This document shows, piece by piece, positions 54,246 to 64,000 of a stretch of 64,000 nt of DNA. The stretch spans positions 82,894,001 through 82,958,000 of the forward strand of contig OX597818.1 in NCBI GenBank assembly GCA_951406725.2. Direction: 5' to 3'. Source of the stretch: Octopus vulgaris. Lineage: Eukaryota. A program made the position numbers and the translations under genes. Under the pieces are notes generated by a model, which made no database searches, had not been told where the DNA came from, and saw only the letters and a program-made list of their open reading frames with translations. Every line of letters starts with the position of its first letter. Position 1 is the stretch's first letter.

Positions 54246-54950
54246 TACGAGGTGCATTCCAGAAGTTTGAGACTTCTTTTAAGAGAAGCAGTCCTTGATG
54301 GTTATAATTTTAGTCTGTTATTACGATATACCTAACAGGATGACCTGCAAAATTTTGCTAGTTCAGTTTGAAGGTGACAAGTGTGATAGCACACTGAAAA
54401 CGGCCTTCCATTCACAGTTTGTCACAACTCAATATTTTGCAGAATGCATCTGTTTTTCGCCACCACAAAAGCCAAGAATAACAAGTTCACTCGGAAACTC
54501 ATGACGATCTCATTTTTCGAAGTCAATCATCTACAACGACTGGAGTCCATGAGACTAGACGGTCAGCAAAGAGTACATTGAGGAAGCGTTAACAGAATGG
54601 AGGAAAAGATTTTGTAACAGGCCAGAGCACCTGCACCAGGGTAGTGCGCCAGCCCACAATTTCGCCCTGGTAACTAACTACTTGCTAGAGATAGGTATCA
54701 AAACTGTTCCCCTACGGTCCAGACCTTGCTTTCTATGACTTTTGATTGTTACCCAAGCTGAAAGAGAAAATAAGGTCGGCTGTATGCACCTTAACATAGG
54801 AAGACCTCCATGTGGGTTTTCACAAAGTGGCTGGAGCGGAACAGCAAGTGAATTGAAGTCAGAGAATCCTACTTTGAAAGAGAGGAGAGTATGTGAGTAT
54901 ATGCATCTTTTAAATTAATGTTTCTCTAGAACAAATCTCCAAAGCTTGAA
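54246..54950 (+). mobile_element. Internally deleted mariner relic
   Basis: TA-CGAGG start; HQGSAPAH..YGPDLAFYDF*LLPKLKE resembles HxDNAPAH / YSPDLAPxD. Confidence 0.85.
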
Positions 54951-56217
54951 TATTTAGCAATGTCTTAGGTATTGAAATGATGGGTTCAAACGACTTCCAG
55001 TACTTTTGCAGAATATAACGGGTAGTTTTTCTTTTCTTTTCACCACAGGTGTAACTGTCATGTATTATAAACATTAAACAAATACCCTATCACATGTGTA
55101 GCGAGGTGCCGAAAAGCTGACACGGTGAAGACGAGCGTGCATCGAATCAACTTCTGATGTGGGCGATATATAGAATTCGTGACGATACACCTTGCACATT
55201 ATAAATATTGGCCTTGTGTATCACAAAATAACCTTTGTTTAATCTGCGATATTCATATCTCAAACGTCATTAGCCTTATAATCTTCAGCGTTATTAGAAG
55301 CTTTATGGTAGTCAACACGCCATTTTCATTTCGCTATTTAAAATTTTAATAAAGCGACATTTTAACACAAGGACACTAATTAATTCAATGATTTTTCATT
55401 ATATTCTGCTTATATTTCTTTCATTAATTATTTTTTTAAAAATATTTTCCTTTTGTCTCTCATTTTTCTTTTTTTCCTTTAGAGAAGAGAATAACATTTT
55501 GTACACTCTGCACTTTATAGTTTTGTATTCTTCAATAGTGAAAGATTGAATGAAATTCATTCATTCATTCTTTCCAACTATATTCTTTTCTTTTTGTATT
55601 AATCTAGTTATTCATTTATTTCTATATTTTTTTATCATTATATTTCTTTGTAATAAATTTTTCTTAGTCATCCTCTGCATATTCATTTTCTTATTTTCTT
55701 TCTTACAGCAAAATAGTTTTTATGATTTCTTCCCTTTCTTCACCGTTTTGTCTTATTTTTCCTTCTATTGTATTCCTCCATTTTCCTCCCCTCCCTACCA
55801 TCAACCTCCTCCTCTTCCTCGCTCTTCATCACCATTATCATCATCAGCAGCAGCATCATTACCAACAACATCACCATACTCACACTGCCAGGATGATCAC
55901 CAAAGCCTCAGGAACAGCAACATCATTGTCGTCGTTGTCATCGTCTAGGTCATCGTAGTATTTATTCAACATCATCATCGCAATCTTCCAATTCTCACTC
56001 ATCTTCGTCGCCATCATCATCATTATTGTCAACACAGCCACCATCGTCGTTATCATCGCCATCTTGTACTTCAACTGCATCCTGCTCTTTTACCCTATTT
56101 GCCGCATCATCGTCTAACAGCTTAACAAACAGTTACGCTTTCGTTTTATCATATTTAATTGAAATCGGGGCCAACAAACACACATACATATGTGAGGGTA
56201 TGTATATACATATATGT

Positions 56218-56460
56218 GAAGCCACGTGGTGTGGTGGTTAGGCTGTTACACTCATGATTGCTATCGTATGTTCGATTCCCAGACCGGGGTCGCGTTGTAT
56301 TCTTGAGCAAAACACTTCATTTCACGTTGCTTCAGGCTCCCTTTCAATCAGAGGATAATGTTGGCCTGCTCGCCTAGCCTGTAAAGTGGCGTATAAAATG
56401 ATGTAAAGAGCATTGTGACTAGCGATGTGTAACAAAATCTGATAGTCTGGTCAATCAAGT
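56218..56460 (+). mobile_element. SINE with family C-like head and a different 3' part
   Basis: TGGTGTGGTGGTTAGG...GTTCGATTCCC...TTCTTGAGCAAAACACTTCATTTCAC. Confidence 0.7.
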
Positions 56461-56473
56461 ATCCCATGAATAT

Positions 56474-56535
<62 letters not shown>

Positions 56536-56539
56536 TTAT

Positions 56540-56854
56540 ATAAATAAGGATAAGATCGTTATTTAAATACAGATCTTATTAGGTGGCCAGCATGGGAGTA
56601 AAAACCTTCGAAGGTAATAATTATTACTAAAATTATAATTTAGGGTATCTAAGAGATACCACTACGCTGGAAATAGCAGCCAAAACTTGACTCTAAAACC
56701 ACATTAAATGTTCATACAGCACCAGAACAGAAGAGTTTATTTTGTCTCCGTCTTCTTTCCTGGTGCTGTATGAACATTTAATGTGGTTTTGTAGTCAAGT
56801 TTTGGCTGCTATCTCCAGCGTGGTGGTATGTCTTAGATACCCTAAATTATAATT
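56540..56854 (-). mobile_element. Fold-back element: ~105 bp inverted arms (56631-56854) plus tail on the left
   Basis: AAAACCACATTAAATGTTCATACAGCACCAG pairs perfectly with CTGGTGCTGTATGAACATTTAATGTGGTTTT and the outer arms also pair; flanked by (TA)n. Confidence 0.9.
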
Positions 56855-56865
56855 GATATATATAA

Positions 56866-57198
56866 AGGGTAAAGACCCCCTTCGGTCATGAGTGACCATG
56901 GGATTGCACCTAGAAAGTTACCCTCCTAGACACAAGTCCGGGCAAGGTTGTTTATGGAAGACCAGCGGTCGCCCATGCATACCGGCCTCCCCTCTCCACG
57001 CTACCAATGTTATCCAAGGGAAAGACAAATGTCGATATAGCTTGGCACCTGTGACGTCGCAACTCATTTCTACAGCTGAGTGAACTGGAGCAACGTGAAA
57101 TAAAGTGCCTTGCTCGAGAACACAAAACGCAGCCCGGTCCGGGATTCGAGCTCACAACCTCACGATCGTAAGCGCGACGCTCTAACCACTGAGCCATG

Positions 57199-57200
<2 letters not shown>
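56866..57200 (-). mobile_element. SINE family C, near full length
   Basis: Minus head CATGGCTCAGTGGTTAGAGCG...GAGCTCGAATCCC. Confidence 0.9.
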
Positions 57201-57288
<88 letters not shown>

Positions 57289-57289
57289 T

Positions 57290-57385
57290 ATATAGAAGGA
57301 GCTTCTACAGGACTAGTACTGTTTCATTCAAGAGAAAGAGTACCTTACTTACTGTGGTTAACCCCGTATCAACCCGGGAACTACA
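57290..57385 (-). mobile_element. PLE-like terminal fragment with hammerhead 3' half
   Basis: Minus strand GAAAC-AGTACT-A-GTC (57311-57325); both sides are (TA)n. Confidence 0.55.
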
Positions 57386-58255
57386 TATATATATATATAT
57401 ATATATATCAGAAAATGTAATAACGAAGGAATAACCGATTGTCTTAGCAACTGCATGGCATTAGTTTACAGATGCAGAGGACTCTTACTTGAGAGCCTGA
57501 GTGACACCTCATGGCGTCATCGGAACCTCAAATATGAAGTGCACACACACACACACGTATGCATGTGTGTGTATGTGTGTGTGTTTCTGTATGTATGTAT
57601 AAATGACACTTATCAAAATAATTAAAATGTTAGTCATTGGCTAATATATTTTTCTCCTCGCCATTTAAATATTTCTATATAGCTGTTTTCTTAATCGTTT
57701 ATGAATAGATCATCACTCATCTAGTTAACATTTTGAAGCAGATAATATATCATTATTGTCTATCTTGTATACAAATTATGGTTTCTATCTCACTCCTGAA
57801 TCATTTTCTATAACACAATAAAATTTCTTGTGACGCGACAATTATCAATTAACAACAGATATTCTCCTCCGTGCGAAGGTGCATGGGAAATCAGGTAAGT
57901 TGTTGTGCTCAGGATCGCTAGATGGTATTTTCGATTACTGGACTAGACAGTGTGTTCTTGATTAAAACAGATAATTTCACTTGCTTCAAGTCTTCTTAGC
58001 TGCAAACGAACCGATGTCTCGTTCATGGAGAATATTGTGGTCTTAGACACTTACACACCATAGAAGCTGGAAAACTAGGTCCTAAGGATTCTAAGGGTCA
58101 CGAAAAGTGTTTGTCCTCACCTGTGTTTCAGTAATGGATGGTATGTATCTTAATCAATAGAGTAAAGTGGAGTAAAGTGATCAACTTTGTTTTCATATAA
58201 TGCATCTCAGGTATATATACTCGCGCACACACACACACGCCACACACACACATAC

Positions 58256-58310
<55 letters not shown>

Positions 58311-58505
58311 TGTATGTATATAAATACATATATATATATACATATATATACATATGTAAAACTATCTATCTATCTATTTTTCTATATATCTCTTTCCGTC
58401 TCTCTCTCTATATATATATACATATATATGTGTGTGAGTGTGTGTGCGGATATATATGTGTGTGTATGTGTGCGTGTGCATGTATATATATATATATATA
58501 TATAT

Positions 58506-58580
58506 AATTAAATAATGAGGGTAGAAATTGATATCAATCAATTAACGTCAGTTTAAACCAGTGGTCTAGCATATTCAAAA
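58506..58580 (-). mobile_element. Solo tail of the fold-back family
   Basis: Reverse-complement similarity to 3825-3900, including the ATGCTAGACCACTG motif; abuts (TA)n. Confidence 0.7.
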
Positions 58581-58737
58581 GTTGATAATAACAACAATAA
58601 TAATAGTAATAAAAAAAATAATAATGATAATAATAATAATAATAATAAAGATGATAATAATAACAATAATAATAATAATAATAATGATAATAATAATAAT
58701 AATGATGATAATGATGATGATGATGATGATGATAATG

Positions 58738-58789
<52 letters not shown>

Positions 58790-58796
58790 TAATAAT

Positions 58797-59027
58797 TGTC
58801 TTAACTGGTACATCACACGTATTGAGAAGAGCATTGTCGATGTGAGAACTGTTGCTGCTCATGTATTTTAATTTAAATTAAAAAAAAAAAAAAAAAAAAA
58901 AGAAAATGAACGAACTACTGAGTTTGGTTTAATGGCCTACCAATATACACTATGAGTTTCTTTGCCCTAGGAGTCGGGAAGACACTCGGCAAGAAATGGA
59001 AGAAAATTTGAAAGAAAAAAAAAAAAA

Positions 59028-59030
<3 letters not shown>
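58797..59030 (+). mobile_element. R4/Dong LINE extreme 3' end within (TAA)n
   Basis: VLTGTSHVLRRALSM* followed by a UTR; TAA arrays on both sides. Confidence 0.8.
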
Positions 59031-59075
<45 letters not shown>

Positions 59076-59303
59076 GAAGTGATTCAGGAAGGGTGACGTA
59101 AAAAAGAGGCCTTGAACACTAACTCAATGAAAAGAGATATACACCACACAAATGCAACGAACCTCCACTGAATATATGAGAATAAGGTCGAAAGCGTGAT
59201 TTGAACTCAGAACGCAGTAACAGACGAAATGTTGTCGTGCTAACAATCTCCTAGCTTGCCGCCTTAATAATAATAAAAAATAGTGATAATAAAAATAATA
59301 ATA

Positions 59304-59822
<519 letters not shown>

Positions 59823-62022
59823 CTTAATAACAACAAGAAGAATAATAATGACTACAACAACAGATTTTCTTCCTAGATCTTTCCGAGACAAAGAAATGAC
59901 AATGGGATTAGCAAGGTCTTCTATAGGAATATAGGAATACAGTTTACTCAAATCAGATACGTCTATTGAAATAGATTCGAATGAAAATCATAAGATACAA
60001 CGTGGAACTGGAAGAAATTGACAGAATCTGATTAATATTAAACACCCAACTCAATGCTGCAAATTAGAAATCGGACAATCTACACAAGTAATATAAACAC
60101 ACTAACCACTCAGTTATAGGCAACAGTTTCGACATTAAAAACTGGGTGTTACCGTATTTGGTAGCTCGTAGCATGCACATTAAGCAAAATATATCTCGTA
60201 AATTACCTCCTGGCCCTATTTGCGAGATTGGGCCACCCATAATCTTCAATACACGAAGAATATGCGCCACTGGACGTGAGTAGCGTCTAATATGCTTCAG
60301 CATCTATTATGCCCTCATATAGGTTAGGTAAATCGCTGGAGTTGAAAAAAGACAAAACACGGCGTGCAGCGTACCGAAGCTGATACAGCTGTCATATATC
60401 TACGCTGTATATAAGGCGGACCGGATCTGAAGGTAATGCAGGAGTGAAACAAATGCCAGCTGTTAGGTTACAAAAGAAATGACAAACTTAAAGTATTCTT
60501 TGCAGTTTTTATTCCGACTTACTGCGCTCTAAGATCAAATACTGCCCAGGTCAACTTTGGCCCTCATTCTATCGAAACCCACACAAAAATAAAACAAAAA
60601 CAAGACAACAGTACTACGTAGTGAATCTGGTGGAATTGCAAGAAAGTCGAATCGGATGCCTTGTGGAATTTTTATCGTTTACTTTTTGTTATGAGTTCAA
60701 ATCTCATGCTCTACTCGAGTGATCCGTTAATCCTGTCGTCTAGGTCAATATAACCACATGACACCCGAATAAAACGTCGGTAGAACCTAACGAAGGATTT
60801 GTGTATTCAAAAGGTTAAAAAACAAAGTAGAAAATGTAACGAGAACAAAATTCCAACATACAGTTTAAAAAAACCGAGAGGAAAAAGTTATTGCTTGACT
60901 AGTATCTCACAGAATTCGACAAAGATTATGAGAGCCATGATGAGAGTTTACAATTGATTAATATTTGTGGATTAAAACCCTGATAATCACAATAACGACA
61001 GCTCGCTTTTATCTCGTTATCACTGGTACGTTCAGGATTATAATAGTCAGGTTGTTGTCATGTGGCGTACTTCATGCATGACTACACGTTATCGTATTCA
61101 TCGCACAATTTCCTATCAAAAATAGTTGTCGACTCGATGGCTACCAGGGACTGGGTAAGTGGAAATGTTTCGGTCAATTTACTTTGTCCTTGTTTCATAA
61201 ATGTCATTTAAAGTTTACATCTTATAGATTCATTTGTGTAATTATCTGTAACTTGGGATTGCTCTTCTGCAACCTAGGTCAGCCTTCTTTCTGGTTTTAG
61301 TTCAGAGCTTTTAATAAATTATTAGACGTTTATCCTGACCATCATGTGTAATAGTTGAAGCCGGAACGGTTATGTGTATCGAAATCATCTGACCATAACT
61401 CTGTTCAAAGATACTGTAGGAAAAAATCAGCATACTGGTATCTTAAACCCGAATAAGAAAGTAGGATGTGTTGCATTAGAGAGATATAATCAGTAACAGC
61501 AAAATATTAGCTGAAGTTCAAACGCTTTTCCAGATCATTTAAATCCTCCTGGTCATAGACCAAATTCTACATATATCACAATTGGTTCCATACAGTACTT
61601 CAAATAGTAGACTCAATTCACACATGGTGTATAAGGCGTTTTGGCACTGCCGTTGTCGACCCATCACTTGGTGTCACTGGTTCGGCACTGAATTTCACGA
61701 AAGACGTTGTTACGACGTTGTCTCTGAAACATTTTGGAGCACTGGAATTCCATTGTTATTCTGGTTGACAGCAAAACTATAACCGCATCTACTCAACTTC
61801 TCGACTATAAAACTTTGTTGAGAGTTCTGCTTCACTTGATGTACACCAAAACTGCTGAAATATGAACGAAACGTGGAAAAGATACATTTTCTCACAATAG
61901 ATTTCTTTACATCGTTGACAAAGTAGAACTGACAATGAATTACAATTTTGGCGCTGTGATCAGAAAAATGGCGTAAAGACGTATTTGTATCAGTCGAGTT
62001 CATTTAATACATCTCTCTCTCA

Positions 62023-62054
<32 letters not shown>

Positions 62055-62929
62055 CTCTCTCTGTTAATATATCTGAATATATGTCTCTACGTATATAAGA
62101 AGGTGGGATGGGTTTATGTCAACCGCGTTCAGTTAATACCATTTATCTCTCTCTTTCTTTCCATTGTATTATCTCGCTCTTTCTATTTTACGTGCGTGCG
62201 CATGTATATATGTGTATGTATGTATGTATGTATGTATGTATGTATGTATGTATGTATGTATATGTTTGCCTCCATTATCAAAATGACCTGAAGACAAAAA
62301 TGCCATCGCGAAAACAGGCTCAATGCCCAGTAAACCCTGCCAGATTAACAACTACCAAACAGACGCACCAATCGTCCAATTTCGGTTCACAAAGTATATT
62401 CTATACTAACACCGTCCAATGAAATAGCACTGATAAGATAGCAAACCCTCTAAATAAAAAATATTTCATTGAAATGTACTTCGCGGCATACACTAGACAA
62501 TGATATACTCTCGCACAATAACTAAACATATACACTTATACTAATGGTATCAACAGCTCCCACGAAACAACATTTTAGGATAGTAATCTGTATATTTTAC
62601 TTGGCGTGAATATACAGTCACAAAGTGACAATGCAGCGGTATTCACTTTGTGTCAGTATCTCGTGTAGACGAATGATTCTAGATCAGAGCAGCATAATAC
62701 GTCTATATGAGATGCTTTCTTAAGTCGAATATCTTAGTATTGTGGCTTTCTTATTGTATATCCATGTTGTATAAGATATGCAGAATGCTATTGTGAACGA
62801 ATATTGCGTCTGTTGTTAATAATGAGTTTTTAAATCCGTTTTACACTGTTGCCACTCATAAATATAACCGGTAAACTGGAAATAGCTTCTACGTATTCAC
62901 CGTTCGACTCCCAAACGCATAATACGTAC

Positions 62930-64000
62930 TACATTTTACGTAAGTCGAGAAGTTGGTGTTTCTGTAGATGCGTCTCAGATTGTGGGAATAGTTTTCTGTG
63001 TTCTTTTGGTGTGTGTGTTGGTGTGGGGCATGATATTTTACTGTTTGATCGTTATTTCATTTGTTTGTTGGTTTTGGGGATTCCGCTTCATTTTCAGTCG
63101 ATGTTGCAGAGGTAGCAGTATCTTTGGAATCTGGGCGTAGGCCTAGGCATGTATTTGAGTTTATAGGAAACAGAGACAGAGAGGGAGAGGGAGGGTTTAG
63201 TTGGGCGAGCCCCTGGATCTTGTGTGTGTTCGTTGTTATACTTTCTGGTGTTGAAGGTGGTGGCTGTGCATCTGCTGTTGGGGGTATGGCGTTGGTGGTC
63301 TTGCTGTGTTGCTGGTGTTGCTGGTGTTACTCTCGTAACTTATGTTGGTGATCTTCCAGCATTTGTTTATTTTACTGTTTCTGTTGTTGATGTTACCGGG
63401 GTTAGTACCGCTTTTGTTGTTCGCTGATGGTTTTGTTATTGTGGTATTGTTATTGTGGTATTTTGTTATTGTGGTATTTGGTAGTAAGGGTGACTGATAG
63501 TTTTGTTGACGGCAGAATGCTCTCAAGTGACCGGTCTCCCCACACAGGTGGCACCGATGCCTTTTATACTCAAACGTAATATGCAGCCCTACTTCTTCCG
63601 GGATAGGAATGAGGTTTGTGACAGGGAGCCTCGGAATATTTGACGGACATAGATTCATTCTTGAAGAGCACTAAAATTCTTGCAAATTCCTTGGCGCTCG
63701 AGATATAGTGCATTATTTCATTCAGCGCTCCTTCCACGTCTGCTGACTGTCTTCAGCTGACTTGCGTTTATGGATAGATATTTATATGTTACAGTCTTTT
63801 GTGTGTTTCTGCCAACACTTCCTGATAGGCAGGATGACTATGTCAGCCCGTGATGTCTGAAGCATGCTCAGTTTGGCGTCTCGGGATAGCTATGTCTTTT
63901 TTTTAGGGTACCTATCTAATACTTTTCAGTACCTTTATGATCTATTGCTGAGAAAGTAATGCTGTTGATGGTGTTATTCAAGGAGGAAATATTGATTTGA
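62930..64000 (-). mobile_element. Decayed ORF1 (gag-like) of a Tx1/L1-like non-LTR retrotransposon
   Basis: LHITFEYKRHRCHLCGETGHLRAFC is a CX2CX4HX4C zinc knuckle, followed by an Asn/Thr/Pro-rich tail. Confidence 0.7.

Noticed and set aside
57130-57200. tRNA genes at SINE heads
   Set aside because: A/B boxes are present but continue into repeated SINE bodies; no complete cloverleaf could be supported.
60064-62003. ORFs 60064-60303 and 61710-62003 as genes or transposase pieces
   Set aside because: Short, with no motif that could be identified with confidence.
63236-63658. Zinc-knuckle ORF as a host gene
   Set aside because: Upstream frame is broken and the layout fits a retrotransposon ORF1.

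Overview
AT-rich, microsatellite-dense eukaryotic DNA, intergenic or intronic. The SINE families look like those of an octopod cephalopod (recognised from memory, not searched). There is no confidently recognisable host gene, and nearly all listed ORFs are translated microsatellites or TE decay. The window holds four tRNA-headed SINE families, decayed R4/Dong-type LINEs lodged in (TAA)n tracts, RTE and Tx1/L1-like fragments, Tc1/mariner relics and MITEs, and two Penelope-like (PLE) GIY-YIG endonuclease fragments. The most interesting layer is non-coding: about a dozen short modules, mostly abutting (TA)n tracts, carry type I hammerhead ribozyme (HHR) cores and/or long fold-back palindromes and share two short motifs. 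They include an intact-looking hammerhead inside a ~540 bp unit with a ~31 bp terminal direct repeat (45322-45864) and a palindrome made of two inverted hammerhead-like motifs (6573-6717). These look like a diversified PLE-derived, retrozyme-like system. All structures were read by eye; no folding or database search was run.
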